The notes beneath the pieces are model-generated. The model saw nothing but the letters and a program-made list of their open reading frames with translations, made no database searches and was not told the origin of the DNA. A stretch of DNA of 64,000 bases from the human T2T-CHM13v2.0 reference genome, Homo sapiens. Position 1 is the first letter of the stretch. Each line of letters opens with the position of its first letter. This document shows positions 53,136 through 64,000 of the stretch, piece by piece. The position numbers were made by a program, and so were the translations under genes. The stretch is taken from the NCBI RefSeq assembly GCF_009914755.1, contig NC_060933.1; one strand, written 5' to 3'.

Positions 53136-54165
53136 CTTTGTGGTTTTGTCTACCATCATCTTTGATGATGGTGATGTACAGATGGGGTTTTGGTGTGAAT
53201 GTCCTTTCTGTTTGTTAGTTTTCCTTCTAACAGTCAGCACCCTCAGCTGCAGGTCTGCTGGAGTTTGCTGGAGGTCCATTCCAGACCCTGTTTGCCTGGG
53301 TATCAGCAGCGGAGGCTGCAGAACAGGTAATACTGCTGAATAGCAAATGTTGCTGCCTGATCGTTCCTCTGGAAGCTTCATCTCAGAGGGGTACCTGGCC
53401 ATGTGAGGTGTCAGTCTGCCCCTACTCGGGGGTGCCTCCCAGTTAGGTTACTTGGGGGTCAGGGACCCACTTGAGGAGGCAGTCTGACCATTCTCAGATC
53501 TCAAACTCCGTGCTGGGAGAACCACTACTCTCTTCAAAGCTGTCAGACAGGGACATTTAAGTCTGCAGAGGTTTCTGCGGCCTTTTGTTTGGCTATGCCC
53601 TGCCCCCAGAGGTGGAGTCTACAGAGGCAGGCAGGCCTCCTTGAGCAGCGGTGGGCTCCATCCAGTTCGAGCTTCCTGGCCACTTTGTTTACCTACTTAA
53701 GCCTTAGCAATGGCGGGCGCCCCTCCGCTAGCCTCGCTGCTGCCTTGCAGTTAGATCTCAGACTGCTGTGCTAGCAATGAGCGAGCTTCTGTGGGCATGG
53801 GTCCCTCTGAGCCAGGCACGGGTTATAATCTCCTGGTGTGCCGTTTGCTAAGACCATTGGAAAGGACAGTAGAAGGGTGGGAGTTACCCCATTTTCCAGG
53901 TGCTGTCTTTCACAGTTTCCCTTGGCTAGGAAAGGGAACTCCCAGACCACTTGCGCTTCCCGGGTAAGGCTATGCCTCGTCCTGCTTCGGCTCACACTCG
54001 GTGGGCTGCACCCACTGTCCTGCACCCACTCTCCAACAAACCCCAGTGAGATGAACCTGGTACCTCAGTTGGAATTGCAGAAATCACCCATCTTCTGCGT
54101 CGCTCATGCTGGGAGCTGTAGACTGTAGCTGTTCCTATTCGGCCATCTTGGAACCGCCCCCCTCC
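53136..54165 (-). promoter_or_regulatory. L1 5' UTR internal sense promoter and antisense promoter region
   Basis: Intact YY1 motif CAAGATGGCCG (54140-54150); partially retained CpGs; ORF0 start on + at 53710. Confidence 0.75.
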
Positions 54166-54889
54166 TATTTAGGCTACTTTGATCAGTAGGTGTCTAGTGC
54201 ATGAAAGATATAAGACCATAAAAATATAAGACTATATAATAAAAATAATACTACATAATGTGGTAGCAATAAAGGTAAATATTATAAAATATTAAATTAT
54301 CCACTATGATATTTTACTCAAATACTTTTTTTTTGTCTTTAAATATCAGAAAGAAAGCAAACTTATGGGGATGTAACCTATATTCATAATATCTGCAGGT
54401 ATTTTCACAAGAAAGTAGCCTTCGATTCATTTATCCACACTCTGAAGAGCAGCTTATTTAACTCTAACATGTTATAACTGCTATAAAGTTTCCCTTCTTT
54501 AGCAATCCAAAGGTAAGTCCTGGGAGGTCAGTTGGAGATGCAGAGGAATGAAGATACTATTTTCTAGCCTTAGAGTGAAAGACAGATGACTTGTTTTCTG
54601 AGGCACTCAAAGTAGAATATGGGGAATTAGGAAGTAGAAAGACCATCTCAGTCAGACCTACCTGGGGTTTTGAATTATCACTTTTATCTTACTATTCAAT
54701 ATGTATATAAGAATAGACCTGATAAAGTCTTGAGTGATCATAGTTCCAGGAGCCTGTTGTCAATGATCAACATCCCTTAGCCTTTGGCCCTAAGTAAATG
54801 AGAGGTAAATATCTTGTTCTGTTGTAATTAGTTCAGTTCAAGTGCCTGACAGCAATTTTAATTTAGACATATATGGGTTTTATTTAGAC

Positions 54890-55080
54890 ATATATGGTTT
54901 CAAACCCAGACTTCCCATTTGACAGCTGAATGACTTTGGGTAAGTTACTCAATTTTACTAATCCTAGTTTTCTTCATATGTAAAGAGTGATAAGGATACA
55001 CTTCTGAAAATTAAACAACGTAACATACATAAAATCACATAGCACAGTACATGGCCATAGTGAATGTTAAACAAATGGCA
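54890..55080 (+). mobile_element. MIR SINE
   Basis: CAGCTGAATGACTTTGGGTAAGTTACTCAA...TTTTCTTCATATGTAAAG. Confidence 0.8.
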
Positions 55081-55799
55081 TTCCTTCATCTTATTCCCAC
55101 TGAAAAGCCATCACTTTATAGATGTGACATTTCCAAAGAAGTTTGCAGAACTTCTCTCTCCTACAATCCCATTTCTCACAGGAAGCCTTTCTAGACTAAT
55201 TAGAGAATAGTAGATAAGTTTCTATATGTCCCCACTGGATGCCATAGTTGCACAGTCACACAAGCCACAAAAAAATGTATGTCACCTCCTAGAAACTTCT
55301 CTTTGATGGTAGTCAGTTAAAATGATCCTAGACTTGAAGGTAAATTGTGACACCAGAGATTTTTCTTGATACTGCTTTTCCCCTTCAGTAGCAACCTCCG
55401 TCTCTAGTTCTCACCGCTCAGGAGTCATCTGCCCCTCTCCCTGTTTTGGTCTTGGCTGATGCTGAATCTTTTGGTAACAGGGTAAAACTCTGAATAGAGC
55501 CACTGTGTGGGTCTTCTGACTTTGAAGATTCCCAGATGGGAAGCAGGATTAAAGAGGCAGAGCTGTGCCTCTGGATTCAAGGAAGTTGGGGGCTTTCACA
55601 CCAAGAAAATACACTAGCAACATATTTCACCTTATTAGACATCCTTCTCCTTCCTAATAACTGACCACATGTCCTTGTCTTTGTAATCAGAAGCTGTATT
55701 CCTCTAAAGGCAGAAAATGTTAAATCCCCAGAAATTTGAGGCAAACAAACAGCATTAATATTCACTAGAATTCTCAAAGATTAAAGGTACTACTGTAGC

Positions 55800-57040
55800 T
55801 AGAAAAACAATAATTAAAACATATTTTTGTGAAAAAAGTAAAAATAATTGGATGCTAGAATTTTTAAATGAGCTAAATAGATTAGATATAAACTGAAGTC
55901 AATTGATTGAAAAATTGAGGCAAGATATTTTCTCAGAATGCACGACAAAAAAAATAAGGAGATAAGAAGTAAAATAGAGGAGTTTGGAGGCAGGAAGAGT
56001 ATACGTCAATGTTTCAATATTCATCTGATAAAATTTCCAGAGGAGTATAATAGAGATCATGGAAGAGATGATTTTTTAATTAAAAAAGATATACAGTATC
56101 CCCAAATGAGAAAAATAAGATGGCTCCAAATAGAGAGGTGATCTCTGAGTACTGAGCAGAAAGAATAAGAAAAGTAAAAAATGAGGCTGTATTTCCAAAG
56201 TCAAATTACAAAAAGCTACAAAAGGAAAGCAGCTTGAATTCAAAAGAATGAATATTAAATTAGTCTAAGGTATTTCAGCAGTTAAAGTGGAAGAATGAAT
56301 ATAACAGTACAATGTCTTCAAAAACCCTGATCTCATACACAGGAAAATAACATGTAAGTAGTAGAGAAAAATAAAGACTTTTATAACATTCTATCTACCA
56401 ACTGCAGGTCCTTTCTGAAAATATTGCTAAAGGATATATACTAGCAAAACAAATAAAAAAAGATTTCTATATCAAGAAATATGTCAAATTCATGCAACAG
56501 TGTTGAACAAAAATTTTATCAGTATATTTATATAAAAATGCACTTGAAGTATCATACACAAATTGTTGGTATTTAGGAAGTATTTATTTCTGCTAAAGAT
56601 AAGGCAGGGCAGGTGAAAGAAGCAGCATGCTGCGTTCTTTGTTTTATTTGAATGTGGCTATAAATACTAAGTAATTCCAGATGTTGGTAGAAAATAAAAC
56701 TTTTTGAAGTTTAAATAAAATATTAAGCATTGCCACTATCACATTGTAAATACGATGAAGAAATTTAAACTAACACAAATAATTGAATGAAGCAAAGAAC
56801 ATTAAATTAATCCAACAAAGTCAAGTGGGGAAAAGGGCAATCTAAAGGAAGCACTGCAAGTAAAAATAGATCTAAAGTGCCAAAAGTAATTCTAAAAATA
56901 TCAGTGACCACTGTAATGTGAATGTGAATTTATTACATTTCCCTAGTAAAAGCCAGAGACTCTCAATTTGGGGAAGGGATGGTGGAGAAAAGAAAATCCA
57001 CCTGTCTACCTATGTTCTGTTTTTAAGAGGCATACCTAAG
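55800..57040 (+). mobile_element. Ancient L1ME-like ORF1 to ORF2-start relic
   Basis: A-rich, with remnants such as TTCAATATTCATCTGATAAAATTTCCAGAGG and AAAAGCCAGAGACTCTCAATTTGG; very diverged. Confidence 0.55.
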
Positions 57041-57309
57041 AAACACACACACACCCCTACATACAGGTGATACTACTACCAGCTGATACTTGAAAAACGT
57101 CTTTAGCAGAAATTTATACCTAATATCCTGCTTTGCAATCCAGATTTATTGTCCATTTTTCCATCGATTTACAATGTAATTGATTTAGAATGCATGAAAA
57201 TTCACAGAAGAAAAACAAATTGCCAATAAATAGCTAAGGAATGTTCAGCTTTGTGAATAGGCATGGAAACACAAATTAAAGTGAGGCATTTGTTTTGCAA
57301 TTGGCAAAA

Positions 57310-57430
57310 ACAGAAAGAGAGAGAAAGTAGGAGGAAGGGAGGAAGAAGAGAAAGAGAAAAAGAAAAGAAAGGAAGGAAGAAAGGGAGGAGGAAGTAATGG
57401 ATAAAGGGAAGAAAGGAGGGAGGAAGACAA
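57310..57430. repeat. Polypurine (GA-rich) low-complexity tract
   Basis: AGAAAGAGAGAGAAAG...GGAAGGAAGAAAGGGAGGAGGAAG. Confidence 0.9.
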
Positions 57431-57486
57431 AGGTTGATAATGCACATTGCAGGTTTTGGTTTCCAGGTCTCAAGATGAGAAACACA

Positions 57487-57487
<1 letters not shown>

Positions 57488-57525
<38 letters not shown>

Positions 57526-57534
57526 ACACACACA
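57488..57534. repeat. (CA)n microsatellite
   Basis: Read directly from the sequence; one TA interruption. Confidence 0.97.
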
Positions 57535-60500
57535 TTTCTGTGGCATCGCACAATCTTCTTCCAAAGATATTTTCTTCTTAGATTTTCATGACACCACCCT
57601 CTACTTGTCTGTATCCTTCCTTTCTGCATATGTGGTCTCATGGGCACTTGTTTATGTGCTACTCCTTAAATATCAATATTTCCAGTATTTCAGCTTGACT
57701 TCTCTCTTGTCTGCCCAAATAATCTCATTCATTTTTCTGATTTCCACAACTGATGATTCATACAAAAGTATTTCCAGCTTAGACCTTACTAATGAAATTT
57801 CAGGATTTCAATCCAAAGGTTCACTCGTACATTTCTGAGAGGGATTCTAAACTCAGTGTGCCCCAAAATGAAAATTTATTTTACACATATTTATCATTTT
57901 AGCCGCACAATGAACCCTTCATAAGGCAAATACAACAAAAAACTATAAAATATGTCTTTTTAGAGGGCATCAAAGATAATCTCACAGCTCTTTGAATATT
58001 ATAGTGACATTTGTTATTCAGCAGTTTGGATTGATAACATAAATTTTAAAATTAGAAATTAATTAAAAGAATAATGCCACTCAGCTCTAGAATATTTCTT
58101 CATTTTATACAGTGCAACAGGCCACTAAATATAGCACTAAAAACATTCCTTTTTACACAAGTATTGCCTTTTAGTGCTATAAAAATGTACTTTCGGGAGA
58201 GTAGCACATTATCATTTAAGTGAAGCTCTTCATTAGATAGTGTGAGAAAATGAGGCATGAAAGGAAGATGGCAAAGCCTCCTTAATAGTTCCTGTGCAGA
58301 TAATGTAGGCCAAAGACAATCAATAGCCATGGCTCATTTATTTTATGCCTGTGAGCACTTAGAGGCAAAATGTTAGTGTTTGCTATCCTGTTGGCTTTCT
58401 TTGCTCTGCATCAGTAATGAAAAAATAAATTTGCATACTAAGGTATAATTTTTACGAATTTGACTCAAAAACCAGGCTGTTATTGTTAACCAATATGGAA
58501 AGAAACACTTTCTGTATTACTTTGGGTTCATTACAGCCACTATGAAGCAGCTCTGATTATAAATTTAGTAACTCTTTAGAAAGCCAAACAATGAATACGA
58601 AAGTATATAAATACATTATAAAAATGCATTAAATGTACATAAAAATTAAGAATTCCATAAAATATCTAGTTTAAGACATGTCATTATAGTTGATGAAGGC
58701 AATCCTAAAATCAACATATTGAAGATAAAATGTTTTCTTAAAAAGTCTATTGATTGTGCTTCCACGTGGAACACACGTTTAGCTATCATGTATGATAACT
58801 CATTTAGCATCACCTTTAGGGTGATGACAGATTGGAAAGCAATGCATGTCTACATGAAATCAAAAGGCTTCTTTTATTATTGCTGTCATATTTATGGGAA
58901 CAGAGCTTACAAGAGAAAAATTTTCAGTGAAAAAAAAGTTGTTATTTAGAAAACTTCAGTTTTCCATAGAGTAAAACTTAAATGCCATATACATGGATTA
59001 ATATTTGTTTTATATAAGATAATTAAATGTTAGACATTATTCTTTGAAAAGAAACTGTACTGGAAGGGATAAAATAGTCAGTAAAGTTCTTCCATGGGAA
59101 AACTCCGCCTGCCACATCTTCCCGAGGTATGAGTCAGAATGTTGGTGGTGAGCAGGAGGAATTAATTAGTGGGAACATTACGAGACAGTAGAAAATCAGA
59201 GAAAAAAGATACGGGGGGAAAAAAAACAATAAAAATAAAAAACCAGACAGATTGACCAATAAATAAGATATTAGGAAAGGTAGAACAAGAAAACATGATT
59301 GAGTATGAAGACAGTTTTGGGGGTTCTCCTGAAATTTAGTGGATACTTCTTTAACTGCCTATCATGTGAAGAACAGAATAAAACCCCACACAGCAGAAAA
59401 ACTATCATCAAAGGTCAGATCTATAGTGCCTACGGTTCACTAATCTATTCTGATTTTAACAGTTAGACCTCAAAACACATTTTTCTTGGGAAAAAACAAA
59501 TATTTCATTAATTCCTCAACTTCAAAAAGCTAAGAAAATGTTATAAATAAAATAATGCAAACAATCATACTTCCATCATTTCTCTATATTTTCCCGCATA
59601 CTTATATATTTTGGCTGTTTAGTATTGTTTATCATTTAAAACACTGTGCTAAATTTTTTACCCTTCCCTTTTCCACTAAAACTTTTAATTTAGATATATT
59701 AAAAATATAGTAACATAAGCAGCAAAATTCAACTTGTCATGGTATATAAACATACCGTGGCATAATGCTTCACAAGGGGCCGATTTCAAAAAATGTGTAG
59801 AAGTAACCAGTACACACATAAGGCTTCTAAATTGGGATGATAAAAAATAAGTCCCTACTGTGCTGTGTTTTCACTGGCACAATTCTAACATGATTGTTTA
59901 AAATGTTCTTTCATCTCTTTCGAATCTCACTGTTCTTTAACTGCTAGATTTTTTTTCATTACATTTTAATGCATTAGCTTCATCATTAAAAATGGACAAA
60001 ATATAAATATTTTTATATATGTATTTTATACCTAATAGATATATTAAAATTTTAATATTTTCAAGATATTAAAAATAGTCATTGTAGGAAAAATATGTCA
60101 TTGTAAGTACCCTAAATCAGCTTATAAGTTAGCTGGGAAATAAAACTGAGAAATGAGAAAGAAGTAAAGAGGCAGAATATGCTTTTTGGTAAAACAGTGT
60201 GGGATAAGTGTATTTGGAGTTAGAAAGGCTTCATAGAGGAAGCAAAACAGGAACCATGGATTGAAATGATGATGCAGGGTGTCAACAAACAGGGAAAATG
60301 GCATGAGCATAATAGAACAATGAGGAGACCAAAATGATTGCAGGGAAGGGTTCAAGTCAGGGAAGGATGAGAAAGAAAATTATGTGACTTGGTGTAAGCC
60401 AATTTAAGAGGGATTTTGATGCCATGCTGAAAAAATAAAGTTGGCTTTGTGATAGAAGAAGCAACAGTAAGTTACTACATTGGTTAAAAATTAACCAACT

Positions 60501-60892
60501 ATAATGATTTGGCCATACCTATTGAACAAATTATTTTATGTTTAAGAAATATTACTAGAAATTCAGTCTAGAAAGCATAAAGGGGAAAATATGAGACATT
60601 TTTTCATGGAACAAAGGAGACTCTCAAAATAAAGAAGTGACTCTCAGGTGGGGCCAAAGGTAAAAAATAAACAAAATGTTCCTCAGCAGCTGTGGTTTCA
60701 TCTCCTAACTTGTACTTCATTGGCAACATTTAAGGGGTTAGACAAATGAGGGTAAATAATGTCACTAACAAATTTGTTGGATATTGTTCATAACATTTTA
60801 TTAAGTTTTGGCAAGTTGAAAATGAATGTCTGTTTAGTTATGTTTCTAATTTGTGACCGATGATACATTGAATTGAAAAGGCTTACTTTTGC

Positions 60893-61971
<1,079 letters not shown>

Positions 61972-62560
61972 ACATATATATATATTTGCATATATAAATA
62001 TATATACCTGCATGTCTGTCTTCACTCATTTTAAACAACTATTCACTGATATATATCACACAGAAAATGTCTTTGCTCACATTACTAGCTGTGAGTTGTT
62101 TTGTCTCTAGGTACCATAATTATTGCCAGGTGTTTATGCTATAGAAAGTACTGAGTGTAAGAACTGCCATGTTGGTCACTTGCAAAGGTATTCCCCCTGG
62201 GAAAACAAACTTTAACAGATTGATTAAATCATCTTCTCTACAGCCATTAGGAAATTTGTTTCATTAAATTTTATTTATTTTCCTACATTACTATAAAATT
62301 CAAAAGAATTACAAAGGGAAAGAACAGCTCTGTGTAATGGAAAGTTCACACAATTTGGAATTAAACAAAAAGTTTGAATCTTGTTTCCACATTTAGCAGC
62401 TGAAAATTCTTGAGCATCAAGGTCTAGGAAGGCAGCAAAGACTTACACCTTATAAGAAATTCCAAGATGATGTCCCATGAATGGCAACTCTCGCTGATTG
62501 AGGCTTTTTATCCTGGATAGCTCAGCAAAAATCAGAAATAGACCTTACTGCATTTCAGAG

Positions 62561-62562
<2 letters not shown>

Positions 62563-62599
<37 letters not shown>

Positions 62600-62621
62600 T
62601 GCGCACATGTGTGTGTACATA
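62563..62621. repeat. (GT)n plus GC/AC/AT alternating purine-pyrimidine tract
   Basis: 59 bp of unbroken R-Y alternation including GTGCGCGTGCGC. Confidence 0.92.
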
Positions 62622-64000
62622 ATTACTCTTTCCTACCCAACAGTCTTCTGTAACTATGTTATATCCTTCAAGAGAAAAAGATACTTTGCTCAGTCTTTTG
62701 TTAGAACCACATAGCAATGGAAACTGGAGCGGTGATGAAGAACCCAGCCTTTCAATCCTCAAAGCATTCATGCTCAGTGGTTTCTCTCTTGAACTCCAAA
62801 ATCATATATCCCACTCACCATCCTACCTTAGATATTTAATAGACATCTCTGACTTAAATGTGCAAAACTGAATTCCTGATCTTTCCCTCCTCCAGTAATG
62901 ACATTTAACAATTCTGGCAACAAAAGATGTCCAAGATAGGTTAGTAAAGAAAAAGGACTATATATAAGGTATGACTCAAATTTTGTTAAATCAATACATA
63001 CACGCCTACATATAAAACTTTATGTATTGGTATTTGCTTTGAAAATAGGTTAAAGAATATATACTCAAGTATTAATAGTGGCTATATTCAGAATGAGGGA
63101 GAGCAAAAGGCTTTCATGTACTACATAATATGAGGCTGGATTATTAAAAAGATTTATAACGAGTTTCTCATATGTTATAATCAGGGCAAATTAACTGCAA
63201 AACTAGCATAAGTAGGTTTTGATTTTTTTTCTAAAAATTTCACTTAGGTATTATATTTTGTGACTCAGAGCAAAGGTAGGATGACAGTGAAGGGTTCATT
63301 GTAAAGCCAGCCTTTCTAATAATATATTTTGTCATATTTGGAAAGAAAAAAATAGGTATTCAAAATCAATCTTTGATGAGTGGGTAGGTTAAATGTATGT
63401 GGTGTAATCTGGGTTCATTCCAATTTCTGTAAATGATTTGAAATTTATAAAACTAAACTTGGCTTTCTTATGGCACATATTATGGCTCTAAACAGTATTT
63501 ACATGAAATTATCAATACACATATTTCCCTACCTGTTACTTTAGGCTACTGCTTTGTACATTTGTTAAAATTTCAAAAAAAATCATTACATCTATTTGTA
63601 TGCCAGAAGATTACAGCTTTAATATATCATTGTTGACATCAGAAAATAGTATTTATTAAGTGCTCATTTGGATGTGCTATTCTATGGGGCTCAATAGTTG
63701 AGTAATCTTTTACTCAGATGACTTATAACAGTATGTTAAGATGTCACCTTTAGGCATGCACTAAATACTAAAGGGAAATTGTAGAAAGAAAACTCATCTT
63801 AAGTTCTTATCCTCTTTACTTATTTTTCTCACCTTCTCTCTTTTTTTCCCTTTGTACTCTCATTTTTGGTTAATTTTTTTAAAAAGTCTAGCCCATATGT
63901 GAAATGATTTTCCTACTTTTTTCACTTATATTTATCTAACTACTGGAATTAGTCTTTTGTTAACCCCCCAATTTTGTCTTGGATTCCACAATACATCTTT

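Larger units (their letters stand above)
49578..54165 (-). mobile_element. L1PA4-PA6-like LINE-1 with both ends and a ~1.5 kb internal ORF2 deletion
   Basis: 5' end GGAGGGGGGCGGTTCCAAGATGGCCG, ~1030-bp 5' UTR, ORF1, ORF2 parts, 3' UTR and A tail; exact 15-bp TSD TATTTAGGCTACTTT at 49563-49577 and 54166-54180; length 4588 bp. Confidence 0.95.

Noticed and set aside
53838-54128. 96-aa antisense ORF in the L1 5' UTR
   Set aside because: GTG start and not the ORF0 start; the true ORF0 start at 53710 is terminated at codon 15.
57202-57647. Cys/Val- and His/Thr-rich ORFs (also 4335, 61752, 62532)
   Set aside because: Artefacts of stop-free (CA)n/(TA)n and polypurine repeats.

Overview
AT-rich, CpG-poor, repeat-dense primate (human-like) DNA, intronic or intergenic; AluY and L1PA2/3 copies indicate a catarrhine/hominid genome. 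I see no intact protein-coding gene, tRNA/rRNA gene or CRISPR array. The long ORFs in the track are LINE-1 fragments; the rest are Alu, microsatellite or chance frames. Main content: (1) an L1PA4-6 copy with both ends and a target-site duplication (TSD), carrying an in-frame ~1.5 kb deletion of the whole RT region; (2) a twin-primed, 5'-inverted L1PA2/3; (3) an L1MA with a nested MER50-type LTR; (4) an old L1M 5' region joined directly to a 3' end; (5) five Alus plus a monomer fragment, several MaLR/ERVL/ERV1 LTRs, MADE1, MER5, many MIR/L2/L3 relics and microsatellites. I cannot support a new 'system'. The least-explained structures are a 103-bp inverted copy of nearby unique DNA lodged in a (TA)n/(CA)n tract, a diverged ~160-bp local direct duplication, and several well-formed splice-site pairs, including minus-strand exon candidates and a recursive-splice-like site, that may belong to an unrecognised non-coding transcript. 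Subfamily names come from recalled consensus sequences and need RepeatMasker/Dfam confirmation.
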